Part shown: piece after piece, positions 20,472 to 29,447 of the stretch
Position numbering within the stretch: the stretch's first letter is position 1
Layout of the letters: every line of letters begins with the position of its first letter
Source: Clostridiales bacterium
GTDB taxonomy: Bacteria; Bacillota; Clostridia; Oscillospirales; Oscillospiraceae
Length of the DNA: 64,000 nt
Direction: 5' to 3'
Assembly: GCA_029265975.1 (NCBI GenBank)
Contig: JAJUGN010000004.1
Span: 9,041 to 73,040, forward strand
Notes under the pieces: model-generated
Told to the model about the DNA's origin: nothing
The model's database searches: none
What the model saw: only the letters and a program-made list of their open reading frames with translations
Translations under genes and position numbers: made by a program

Positions 20472-21320
20472 TCACAGCGCTCCGCGCAGACGCGGATCGA
20501 GCGCGTCGCGCAGCCCGTCGCCGAATATGTTGAAGGCCAGCACGAGGATAATTATTGCGAAGCCGGGCGCCAGCGCAAAAAGGGAGTTTGTCGTCAGATA
20601 TCTGTACCCGTCGTTCACCATGGCGCCCCAGGAGGCGGTGGGCGGGAGTATGCCGGCTCCGAGGAAGCTCAGCGCGGCTTCGGCAAGAATCGTGTTGCCT
20701 ATGCTCTGAGTCATGATCACAATCATCGGGGAAAGACAGTTGGGGAGAATGTGCCTCAGCATGGTGACGAAGCTCCTGTTCCCGCGAATCCTGCTGGCGG
20801 AAACATAGTCCAGGTCGCGCACGGTGAGCACCTGGCCGCGCATCATCCGGGCGAAAGGCGGGATGTTAGAGACCGCAAGCACCACGGTAAGCATGGTCAT
20901 GCTGCGCCCGAGTATGGCCACAAGGGCGAGCGCGAGGATAAGCGGGGGGATGGCCATCATCGCTTCGACTATCCTCATGATGACGTTGTCCACCCATCCT
21001 CCGAAATAACCGGATAAAAGGCCGAAGACCGTTCCGACTATGCCGGACATTATAACAGAGAAAATTCCTACGATAAAGGCTATCCTGGTGCCGTAGACTA
21101 TGCGGCTGTATACGTCGCGCCCGTACTGGTCGGTGCCTAGCCAGTGCCTTGAGGAAGCGCCCTGAAGAAATTCTGCCAGGTTCTGCTGGTTGGGGTCGTG
21201 AGTCGCAAAAACGGGTGAGGCCACCGCGCAGAGCAGGAAGAAAAGTATGACGAGCGCGGAAACAACCACAAGCTTCCGGGAAAACAAGGTCCGGAAGAAA
21301 ATTTTCGCTTTGTCGTTCAT
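20472..21320 (-). CDS. ABC importer permease (DppC/OppC-like)
   Basis: Polytopic protein with a binding-protein-dependent transport motif. The ATG at 21320 lies just after the upstream permease stop. Confidence 0.85.
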   Translation of the reverse strand: MNDKAKIFFRTLFSRKLVVVSALVILFFLLCAVASPVFATHDPNQQNLAEFLQGASSRHWLGTDQYGRDVYSRIVYGTRIAFIVGIFSVIMSGIVGTVFGLLSGYFGGWVDNVIMRIVEAMMAIPPLILALALVAILGRSMTMLTVVLAVSNIPPFARMMRGQVLTVRDLDYVSASRIRGNRSFVTMLRHILPNCLSPMIVIMTQSIGNTILAEAALSFLGAGILPPTASWGAMVNDGYRYLTTNSLFALAPGFAIIILVLAFNIFGDGLRDALDPRLRGAL

Positions 21321-21331
21321 CTCCGCGCCTC

Positions 21332-22276
21332 CTATTCCAGCCTGATGCGGGGGTCCGCATAAGCGTACGCTATGTCTACAAGAAGATTGCATATACATGT
21401 AACCGCTGCGAGAAGCAGCAGGCTTGTCTGCAAAGTTGTATAATCGCGGTTGTTGAGCGACATCACCATTACCTGCCCGAGGCCGGAAATGTTGAATATC
21501 GTTTCGATGATTGCCGAGCCGCCGAAGCTGTTGCGAAGCGTGAGACCGATGAGCGTGAGTATCGGTATGAGAGCGTTTTTGACGGCGTGGCCGTAAATGA
21601 TTTTAGATTCCTTCAGCCCTTTGGATCTCGCTGTGCGTATGTAGTCCTGCCGGATAACCTCCAGCATGCTGGAGCGCGTCTGTCTTGCGTATATGGCGAC
21701 GCCGCCGACGCTCATGCATATGACAGGCATTATCGTCTGCCTTAAGCTCAGTACCGGGTTCTCCCAGGGGAGGGTGAAGCCGTGCACCGGAAGCCATTTC
21801 AGCTTGAGCCCGAAGATGAGTATGAGGATCACCGCCAGCCAGAACGTGGGCATTGCTATGCCTATGTTTGCAAGCACCGTTATCACGGAATCGGTCTTCG
21901 AGCCGCGCCTTACCGCCGTCACGATCCCGAAAAATATGCCCAAAATCACGCTGAAAACGGCGGAAACTATGCCCAGATAAAGAGTCGTCGGAAGGCGGTT
22001 CATGACCACTTCCGCAACCGTCTGCCGGAAGTAATAGGAATATCCCAAATCTCCCTTAAGTATGTTGCCGAGCCAGAAGAAATACTGCTCGACAAGAGGC
22101 CTGTCAAGTCCCATCGTGTGATATACCTGGTCGTGGTACTCCTTCGGGATCTCCGAGCCGAGCATGGCGTAAACGGGATCGCCCGGGACAAGGTGTATAA
22201 GCGAAAAAGCGATCACGGATATGATAAGGAGGATCACGACGGTCTGAAAAAGCCTGTTTATTATGTATTTAGCCAT
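21332..22276 (-). CDS. ABC importer permease (DppB/OppB-like)
   Basis: MAKYIINRLFQTVVILLIISVIAFSLIHLVPGDP is the canonical DppB/OppB N-terminus. Confidence 0.9.
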   Translation of the reverse strand: MAKYIINRLFQTVVILLIISVIAFSLIHLVPGDPVYAMLGSEIPKEYHDQVYHTMGLDRPLVEQYFFWLGNILKGDLGYSYYFRQTVAEVVMNRLPTTLYLGIVSAVFSVILGIFFGIVTAVRRGSKTDSVITVLANIGIAMPTFWLAVILILIFGLKLKWLPVHGFTLPWENPVLSLRQTIMPVICMSVGGVAIYARQTRSSMLEVIRQDYIRTARSKGLKESKIIYGHAVKNALIPILTLIGLTLRNSFGGSAIIETIFNISGLGQVMVMSLNNRDYTTLQTSLLLLAAVTCICNLLVDIAYAYADPRIRLE

Positions 22277-22352
22277 AGCTGCTCCTTATGCAAAATTCGG
22301 GAACCGCCCAGGATGCCTGTTAGCCGGGCGGTTCCCGAATTCTATTGCGGCA

Positions 22353-23939
22353 TTATTTGGTGATCTTGACGGTCTCGGGAGTCCATGTGTAGATCGCGGT
22401 GGTGGCGATGCCGTGATCCTTTACCTTCGCTGTTCCGGCATAGAGGTTCTGAGTTATGTAAAGCGGGAAATACAGGCAGAGCTCGTCGATGTTCTTTTTC
22501 TGGAGATCCATAAGAGCCGTTTTCTGCTGGGCGGGATCCGTCCCGTACATGTACTTCGAATAAAGATCGATTACGCCCGCGGCCTTCAGGTCCATAGCGG
22601 GTCCGACCATGGTCGTCGGAGTGGTGGTGAAGTAGCGGGTCCAGCCCGTGGCGTTGGGCGGGGCTATCCACTGGGCCGTGCTGGTGTAGGGGGTGGGCTT
22701 GCCGACGATTATGCGGTCGCCGTATACCGCGGCGTCGACCTCGTCCAGCTTGACGTTGAAGCCGGCGGCCTGGAGATAGCCCTGAATGGCGACATAGATA
22801 TCCTTGAACTGGAGCTGATAGGTCAGGGTGACGGTAGGCTTGTTGGTATCGCTGTATCCCGCCTTCTTGAGAAGCTCCTTGGCCTTGTTGACGTCATACG
22901 GGTATCCGACTACCTTGTCGTTGTATTCCTGCGTGCCCGGCACCGCAAGCTGGTTCGTATATGTTCCGGTGCCGTAGGTAAAGGCCTTGATTATCGCTTT
23001 CGTGTCTATGGCGTGGCAGAAGGCCTGGCGCACGAGGAGGTTGCCCATCGGGTCGGTCTTGCTGCCGCTTGCAAAGAATATGCCCTGGAGAGTCGGAGTG
23101 ATGCAGGTGTCAAGGCCGAAGCGCTGGAAGCCCGCGGCGATGAGGTCTGTGTAAACCTTGGAGTCCACGATGTTCAGCATTACCTGCGCCTCGCCGCTTT
23201 TGAGTATGTTGGCCGCGGTGTTTATGTCCTTGGCCGTGATTATCTTTATGCCGTCCAGGAAGGGCTGGCCCTTGATTCTGTAATTGGGGTTTTTCGTGTA
23301 TTCGATGCCCTCGCCGACCTTTACGGATTTCGCGACGAAGGGGCCGGTGCCGACTATCCTGGTGTACATGCCTTCCATGCCGTACTGCTTGAACAGAGCA
23401 GGCTGGATCATCCATCCGGCCTCGATGAAGACGCGGCTCAGGGTGTCTGCCGCCCACTGGGTCAGCATAACGGTAACTTCGTTATTTCCTGTGGCGGAGT
23501 AGCTTTTAACGTTGGAGAATTTTGATGCGTAGCCGTTTGCCTTGTAGATGTCCCATACGTCCACTACCGTCTTTGCGTTGAAATCCGCTCCGTCGGAGAA
23601 CTTGACGCCTTCCTGAAGCTTGACGACGATTTTAAGGTTGGCCTTGTCAACGTTTATTTCCTTTGCCAGCCAGGGTATGACCTCGCCCTTTTCATTGTAG
23701 CGGGCAAGGGTTTCGATTGCGGGCGCAGAGCAGAACTGCTCCACGAATCCTCCCGCTATCGGGAAGCCGGAAACATTTTTGAGAACGCCGCCGTTGACTA
23801 TCGTAAGCGTTCCGCCCGTTCCAGCTGCCGTGTTTGCGGAAGGCGCGGGAGTGCTCTGCGTTCCGCCTCCGCAGGCGGTCAGAGCAAGCAGCAATACAGC
23901 CGCTAAAAGAAGCGACACCAGTTTTTTAGCTCTTTTCAT
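22353..23939 (-). CDS. Family-5 ABC substrate-binding lipoprotein (peptide/nickel/opine type)
   Basis: Lipobox signal MKRAKKLVSLLLAAVLLLALTACGG. About 528 aa. GAGGAGG RBS. Confidence 0.9.
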   Translation of the reverse strand: MKRAKKLVSLLLAAVLLLALTACGGGTQSTPAPSANTAAGTGGTLTIVNGGVLKNVSGFPIAGGFVEQFCSAPAIETLARYNEKGEVIPWLAKEINVDKANLKIVVKLQEGVKFSDGADFNAKTVVDVWDIYKANGYASKFSNVKSYSATGNNEVTVMLTQWAADTLSRVFIEAGWMIQPALFKQYGMEGMYTRIVGTGPFVAKSVKVGEGIEYTKNPNYRIKGQPFLDGIKIITAKDINTAANILKSGEAQVMLNIVDSKVYTDLIAAGFQRFGLDTCITPTLQGIFFASGSKTDPMGNLLVRQAFCHAIDTKAIIKAFTYGTGTYTNQLAVPGTQEYNDKVVGYPYDVNKAKELLKKAGYSDTNKPTVTLTYQLQFKDIYVAIQGYLQAAGFNVKLDEVDAAVYGDRIIVGKPTPYTSTAQWIAPPNATGWTRYFTTTPTTMVGPAMDLKAAGVIDLYSKYMYGTDPAQQKTALMDLQKKNIDELCLYFPLYITQNLYAGTAKVKDHGIATTAIYTWTPETVKITK

Positions 23940-24021
23940 CAAAATCCTCCTCATAAAAATAACTTTTACTATGTATTCAAGTGCGCGTAAAAATATGGCG
24001 GAGACTGTGCGGCCTAAATAA

Positions 24022-24035
24022 CTAAATCGATTTAG
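24022..24035. promoter_or_regulatory. Candidate LacI-family operator (perfect 14-bp palindrome)
   Basis: CTAAATCGATTTAG has a central CG in an AANCGNTT-type core. It lies in the divergent region between the SBP operon and lacI-family gene. Confidence 0.45.
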
Positions 24036-24172
24036 CAAAAACGCACACCCAATAGCAATTATAAATTATAAACAAAAAAGCATAAAAAGTCAATCTGAAA
24101 TCGGGTGCTTTGTGCGAAATGACTTGTGTAATATGGATTTTTATGTATAATGAGAACAGAGGGGGGAGACCG

Positions 24173-25228
24173 ATGGCAAGTATAGAGGATGTGGCGAACA
24201 AGGCGGGCGTGTCGGTCAGCACGGTGTCTTTTGTTCTGAACGGACGCGCGGAGGAAATGAGGATTTCCGAAAAAACCATAAACAAGGTTTTCGCGGCGTC
24301 GCAGGAGCTGGGATATATACCGAACCTGGCCGCGAAAAAGCTCTCCAGCCGCGGCGGATCTTCGCTTCCGGAGGTTGCGCTGTTTTGGACTCCCGTTCAG
24401 AACTCTACTTTTTTGACAGTCTTTATTTCCGAGGCGCAGGCCCTTTTCGACGAGGGGGGAGCGCGCGAGATGCGTTTTGTGGTGGAGCCGTTCAGGACAG
24501 GGAAGCTTTGCCAGCTTGAGGACGTGCTTACGGGCGGGCAATACAACGGCGTAATAGTGCCTCCCGTATCCTTGGAGGACATAGAATACATGAATTCGCT
24601 CGACCTCCACATTCCCGTTGTGATGCTTCACGGCGGGACCGACAAGTATTCGATGCTCTCTCTTGACAACTATGAGGCGGGGCATAAGGCGGCCGAGATA
24701 TTCGCCGCAAGGGGATTCAAGAAAGTCGCGGTTGTTAATCACAAGTGCAGCTCCGAGGATTACAACGTGATGAACCGCAGCAGGGGATTTCTGGACGCCT
24801 GCGACGAGTACGGGCTGACCGCCGAAATCATCGACGCCGAAATGAAGCAGATACCCGGGATGGCCTTTTTTAACAAGAACGCGGGGCTCGGCAGCATAGC
24901 GGCGGAAAATCTGCTCAGGAGGGGCAGCCTTCCGGAGGCCGTGTTCATTCAAAACGACAGCCTCGCCGCCAGATTTATGAATACAATGACGGACGCCGGG
25001 GTGAAAGTGCCGGGCGACCTGGAGATAATAACCTTCGGAAACGAATTTCTTTCTGAAACCTGCCGCCCATCGATGACGGCTATACAGTTTCCGACCGCCG
25101 AGCTCACCAGGGAGGCGATAATGCTTATGTCGGACCTGCTGGTAAATCCTCTGGCGCCGCTGCGGAGAAAAACGCTGATACCAAAGGTCATTTTCAGGCA
25201 GAGCTGCCCGAAGCCGCCGGGGTTTTGA
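24173..25228 (+). CDS. LacI-family transcriptional regulator
   Basis: HTH MASIEDVANKAGVSVSTVSFVLNG plus a periplasmic-binding-protein-like core. AGGGGGGAG RBS. Confidence 0.9.
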   Translation: MASIEDVANKAGVSVSTVSFVLNGRAEEMRISEKTINKVFAASQELGYIPNLAAKKLSSRGGSSLPEVALFWTPVQNSTFLTVFISEAQALFDEGGAREMRFVVEPFRTGKLCQLEDVLTGGQYNGVIVPPVSLEDIEYMNSLDLHIPVVMLHGGTDKYSMLSLDNYEAGHKAAEIFAARGFKKVAVVNHKCSSEDYNVMNRSRGFLDACDEYGLTAEIIDAEMKQIPGMAFFNKNAGLGSIAAENLLRRGSLPEAVFIQNDSLAARFMNTMTDAGVKVPGDLEIITFGNEFLSETCRPSMTAIQFPTAELTREAIMLMSDLLVNPLAPLRRKTLIPKVIFRQSCPKPPGF

Positions 25229-25379
25229 GCGGACATATAAAGGGAAGCGGCTCGTAACGGGCATACGCAATCGTTTTTTGAAAATAATAATCTGCACGCC
25301 TTCTTATCTCAGCGGAGCTATGCTTTTGCGGGTCGGAGGCGTGTTTTTTCTCGCGAGTGTATACGAAGATAAAATATTT

Positions 25380-25427
25380 ACACAACATATTGACCATTAG
25401 CCTGGAGTGAGCTACAATATATAGCAC
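25380..25427 (+). promoter_or_regulatory. Pair of NrdR-box-like operators
   Basis: ACACAACATATTGACC and CTACAATATATAGCAC have cores CAACATATTG and CAATATATAG. Centres are 32 bp apart, directly upstream of nrdJ. Confidence 0.6.
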
Positions 25428-25455
25428 AGACTTGGAAATGGGGAGTGGTGATCGC

Positions 25456-27735
25456 ATGGAGATCGGAGAAAACGCCCGCGTTGTGCTGGAAAAGCGTTAC
25501 ATCGCCAGGGACGCGAACGGAAATGCAACGGAGACCGTCGAAGGACTTTTCAGGCGCGTGGCCTCCGCCGTCGCAAGGGCGGACCTTAATTATGATAAAA
25601 ATGCCGACATAGCGGAGGTGGAGAAGGAGTTTTTCGAACTCATGGCCAGCCTGCGCTTTCTGCCCAATTCGCCCACGCTCATGAACGCGGGCAAGGAGCT
25701 GGGGCAGCTGTCGGCCTGCTTCGTCCTGCCGGTCGAGGACTCGATGGAGAAGATATTCGACACTATAAAGCAGGCGGCGCTGATCCACAAATCAGGGGGC
25801 GGGACCGGGTTTTCCTTTTCGAGGCTGCGGCCGAAGGGGAGCGTTGTCAGGACTACGGGCGGAGTGGCCTCCGGCCCGGTGAGCTTTATGAAGGTTTTCA
25901 ACGCGGCTACCGAGGCCGTGAAGCAGGGAGGAACGCGCAGAGGCGCCAATATGGGGATACTTAGAGCCGACCATCCGGACATTCTCGAATTTATATACTG
26001 CAAAGCCGAAAACAGCGACATAACGAACTTCAACATCTCCGTGGCCCTTACTGAGGAATTTATGGAGGCCGCTTCCAGGGGCGATGACTATGAGCTGATC
26101 GATCCGCACACCCGCAGGGTGACCGGACGGCTGAACGCGGCCGACGTGTTCAACAGGATAGTGGAAGCCGCCTGGCGGAACGGCGAGCCGGGTATTATTT
26201 TTATAGACAGGCTGAACCGCGACAATATTGTGCCTTCGAGGGGGGAAATAGAGTCCACGAATCCCTGCGGCGAGCAGCCCCTTCTGCCTTACGAGTCCTG
26301 CAATCTCGGCTCAATCAACCTTACGTCGGTGGTTAAGGAAGAGAACGGGAGAAGGTCGATAGACTACGCGCTTCTGGGACGGACGGTTGATGAGGCGGTT
26401 CATTTTCTGGACAATGTAATCGACGTAAACCTTTATCCGCTCGAGATAATTGCCGAGACAACCCTCGCAACGCGCAAGGTGGGGCTGGGGGTGATGGGTT
26501 TTGCCGATATGCTTCTGCTGCTCGGGATACCCTACAATTCCGATGAGGGCATCCGGACCGCCGAGGAGGTAATGAGCTTCATAAACGCCCGGGCACGGGC
26601 GATGAGCGCCAGGCTTGCCGAAAAACGAGGCGCTTTTCCGCTGTTCGCCGAGAGCATCTTCGCTTCCGGACCCAGGTACCGAAACGGAACCGTCACCACA
26701 ATAGCGCCTACGGGCACGCTTTCGATAATAGCCGGCGTTTCGAGCGGCGTCGAGCCGGTATTCGCCTACGCCTATATCAGAAACGTGATGGACGGCACCG
26801 AGCTTCTCGAAACGAACCCTGTTCTGAGACGGGAGCTTGAGCGCAGGGGGGTTTACACGGAACAGCTCATGCGGAGAATAGCGCAGGAGGGGACTCTGGC
26901 CCGCGTCGAAGAGCTTCCCGAGGACATAAAGCGCGTTTTCGTCTCGGCGCACGATGTCAGCCCGGAATGGCATGTGCGAATGCAGGCGGCGTTTCAGCGC
27001 CATACGGACAATGCGGTTTCGAAAACGGTAAATTTTCCGCATGACGCCACCCGGGAGGATGTTGAGCAGGTCTATGTCCTTGCCTGGAAGCTCGGCTGCA
27101 AAGGCGTCACTATATACCGCGACGGCAGCAGGGATTCGCAGGTTCTCAATATCGGCGGCGTCAAAAGGGGAAAGCCGGAGGATGCTCCCCTGACGGAGCC
27201 TGAGCCGGCCGGAAAAATAAGGCCGCGCCCGAGGCCGGCGAGCCTGAGGGGAGTTACCGAGCAGGTATATATCGGATGCGGCAAGCTCTACGTCACGGTG
27301 AACTATGACGAGCATGGCATCTGCGAGGTTTTCACCAACACGGGGAAGCACGGGGGATGCCCGTCCCAGTCCGAAGCGGTGGGCCGACTTGCTTCGGTGG
27401 CGCTCCGCAGCGGCATAAGCACGGAAGAGGTCATAAAGCAGCTTAAAGGCATAAGATGCCCCTCGACCATACGCCAGAAGGGGCTCGGCGTTCTCTCATG
27501 CCCGGACGCGATAGCGAAGGTGCTGGAATACACGGAAAAGGCGATAGCCGGCGAGGGCGGAGCGGGCAAAGCCGGCGAAATGCCCGCCGGGGTGTCTGCG
27601 GAACATCGGAAAGGCGGAAGGGAAGCGGCGTTCGAGCTCGACAGGATCCGTTTCTGCCCCGAATGCGGCGCCGCAATAGTCCACGAGGGAGGCTGCGTAA
27701 CCTGCCGTCAGTGCGGATACTCGAAGTGCGGCTGA
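25456..27735 (+). CDS. nrdJ: Class II (adenosylcobalamin-dependent) ribonucleotide reductase
   Basis: LPNSPTLMNAG, active-site NPCGEQPL, VSKTVNFP, and a C-terminal Zn-ribbon CPECG...CVTCRQCG. The start is uncertain (25432-25456). Confidence 0.9.
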   Translation: MEIGENARVVLEKRYIARDANGNATETVEGLFRRVASAVARADLNYDKNADIAEVEKEFFELMASLRFLPNSPTLMNAGKELGQLSACFVLPVEDSMEKIFDTIKQAALIHKSGGGTGFSFSRLRPKGSVVRTTGGVASGPVSFMKVFNAATEAVKQGGTRRGANMGILRADHPDILEFIYCKAENSDITNFNISVALTEEFMEAASRGDDYELIDPHTRRVTGRLNAADVFNRIVEAAWRNGEPGIIFIDRLNRDNIVPSRGEIESTNPCGEQPLLPYESCNLGSINLTSVVKEENGRRSIDYALLGRTVDEAVHFLDNVIDVNLYPLEIIAETTLATRKVGLGVMGFADMLLLLGIPYNSDEGIRTAEEVMSFINARARAMSARLAEKRGAFPLFAESIFASGPRYRNGTVTTIAPTGTLSIIAGVSSGVEPVFAYAYIRNVMDGTELLETNPVLRRELERRGVYTEQLMRRIAQEGTLARVEELPEDIKRVFVSAHDVSPEWHVRMQAAFQRHTDNAVSKTVNFPHDATREDVEQVYVLAWKLGCKGVTIYRDGSRDSQVLNIGGVKRGKPEDAPLTEPEPAGKIRPRPRPASLRGVTEQVYIGCGKLYVTVNYDEHGICEVFTNTGKHGGCPSQSEAVGRLASVALRSGISTEEVIKQLKGIRCPSTIRQKGLGVLSCPDAIAKVLEYTEKAIAGEGGAGKAGEMPAGVSAEHRKGGREAAFELDRIRFCPECGAAIVHEGGCVTCRQCGYSKCG

Positions 27736-27768
27736 CAGGATCTGCGAAGCCTGTTCAAAGCATAAAAT

Positions 27769-27806
27769 CCCCCGAAGCGTCTCTCTGACGCTTCGGGGGA
27801 TTTTCA
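27769..27806 (+). terminator. Intrinsic terminator of nrdJ
   Basis: CCCCCGAAGCGT-CTCTCTG-ACGCTTCGGGGG followed by ATTTTCATT. Confidence 0.8.
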
Positions 27807-27891
27807 TTCAATAATTGGAGCTGGACATTTGTTCGGGGGACGTGCGCTCCGGATTTTGCGGCGGGGCCGCTTTCGCCGCCATAAAGGTGCT

Positions 27892-28650
27892 TTATATTCC
27901 GAAAAACCGCTTCCCGTTTTCGGTTGTTAACGAGGCGATGCTCTCCAGGGAGGCGCCGCGGAGCTCGGCTATGCGTTCCGCTATGAACCTGAGGTTTCCG
28001 GAATCGTTCCTCCTGCCGCGAAAGGGCACCGGAGCGAGGTAGGGGCAGTCCGTTTCTATCATAAATCTGTCCTCGGGCATGAACGTGACGACCTCAGGCG
28101 CCTTCCGGGCGTTTTTGAAAGTGACCGAGCCGGTGAATGAAATATACCAGCCGAGCTTCACCAGCTCTTTAGCCATCTCAAGGCTTCCCGAGTAGCAGTG
28201 GAAAACTCCCTTCACCCCCGGGAAGGTTTTCACAATGGCCATGGAGTCCTCGTGAGCGTCCCTGTCATGCACTATCACGGGCAGCTTAAGCTCTCCGGCC
28301 AGCTCCATCTGCCTGACGAAGGCCTCGCGCTGTTTCTCGCGGGGGGAAAAATCGTAGTAATAGTCAAGACCGATTTCTCCGATCGCCCTGACCTTCGTAT
28401 TCGAGGCGAGGGCGCGTATTTCGCCGAGGGAGTCCCGCGTCAGAGAGGAAGCTTCGTGAGGATGCACTCCTACGGCCGCGTAAAAGAAATCGTATTTTCC
28501 GGCGAGCTCCACAGACTTTCTTGAGGACTCGAGGCTGCTCGACGCGTTGAGGACCAGCGAAACGCCTTTTTCGGGAAGCCCTGAAATCACCGAATCCCTG
28601 TCGGAATCGAACGCCTCGTCGTCATAATGGGCGTGAGTGTCAAAATACAT
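27892..28650 (-). CDS. TatD-family metal-dependent hydrolase
   Basis: MYFDTHAHYDD..., GEIGLDYYY, HCYSGS motifs. Confidence 0.9.
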   Translation of the reverse strand: MYFDTHAHYDDEAFDSDRDSVISGLPEKGVSLVLNASSSLESSRKSVELAGKYDFFYAAVGVHPHEASSLTRDSLGEIRALASNTKVRAIGEIGLDYYYDFSPREKQREAFVRQMELAGELKLPVIVHDRDAHEDSMAIVKTFPGVKGVFHCYSGSLEMAKELVKLGWYISFTGSVTFKNARKAPEVVTFMPEDRFMIETDCPYLAPVPFRGRRNDSGNLRFIAERIAELRGASLESIASLTTENGKRFFGI

Positions 28651-28784
28651 GCGTTTTTCACCTTAATTTCAAAAAACTATTGAAAATATTTTACGTATAT
28701 GGTATCATGTTTCGTACGAAAAGACAACTCTGTTTACCGTCCCTTCGCCCACAAACGCCGGCACAGCGCCGGCATTCGAAAGGA

Positions 28785-29021
28785 ATGTTTGCTTTGCGTC
28801 TTGCCATTACCATAGTTCAGCTTATATGCGGAATAGCCATAATACTTGTGGTTCTGCTTCAGTCCGGCAAAAAAGCCGGCCTTTCCGGCGCCATAGCAGG
28901 CGGCGTTGATACATTTTTGTCCAAAAACAAATCCAGATCTGCGGACGCCCGCCTTGCGCGCATGACGAAATGGGTCGCGGCCGCTTTCATCGTACTGACT
29001 ATCGTGCTGAGCATTATCTGA
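28785..29021 (+). CDS. secG: Preprotein translocase subunit SecG
   Basis: About 78 aa with two TM segments and the LLQSGKKAGLSGAIAGG signature. TTGAAA-17-TATCAT promoter candidate at 28680-28708. Confidence 0.8.
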   Translation: MFALRLAITIVQLICGIAIILVVLLQSGKKAGLSGAIAGGVDTFLSKNKSRSADARLARMTKWVAAAFIVLTIVLSII

Positions 29022-29098
29022 GCTCTTTTGGATTGATTGTACGCGCCTTGCGCGCATCATTCGGTAAAACGGCTTGAAAATGAGGAGTTTCAAATAAA

Positions 29099-29339
29099 GA
29101 GGCGGGCGCTTTGCGCCCGCCTCAGCTTGTAGAAAAACTTGTTTACAGCAAAAAAGCTTCGCAGAATTTCCGCCACGAATGGCGGAAACAAAGTCAAATC
29201 TGTCGTTTCCGGAGGCGTGTACGTCGGAAATGACACCTCTCATGACGGGCGCGGCAGAGCGGCCGTCATTAAACCCCCTTGTCAAAAAAGCCCTTTTGTT
29301 TTTTTTGACAGTCTGAGGCGGGCGCTTTGCGCCCGCCTC
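29099..29339 (+). mobile_element. Hairpin-duplicating structured element, copy 1 (191-nt unit 29124-29314 plus 25-bp flanking direct repeats)
   Basis: GAGGCGGGCGCTTTGCGCCCGCCTC is present at 29099-29123 and 29315-29339. The internal unit is near-identical to 56490-56680 and 58428-58622. Confidence 0.7.
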
Positions 29340-29447
29340 GCGGTTTTATGGGAACAGAAAATCAAAAAGGCGAAAGGCGAAAAATTGTTTTCCGGAAGCG
29401 TTACAGAGGGAAAAATGCATATTGATTCGCGATGCGGGGCCGGACCG

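Noticed and set aside
22263-23525. 420-aa ORF on the plus strand
   Set aside because: It is entirely antisense to the well-supported SBP gene. Its Gly/Arg/Val/Asp-rich composition is typical of antisense frames in GC-rich DNA. It has no RBS and no recognisable motif.
24059-25297. 412-aa ORF on the minus strand
   Set aside because: It is antisense to the LacI-family gene, Arg/His/Pro-rich, and without motifs. It is a GC-driven spurious frame.
26311-27351. 346-aa minus-strand ORF inside nrdJ
   Set aside because: It is antisense to a gene with unmistakable RNR motifs. Its composition is Arg-rich and low-complexity.
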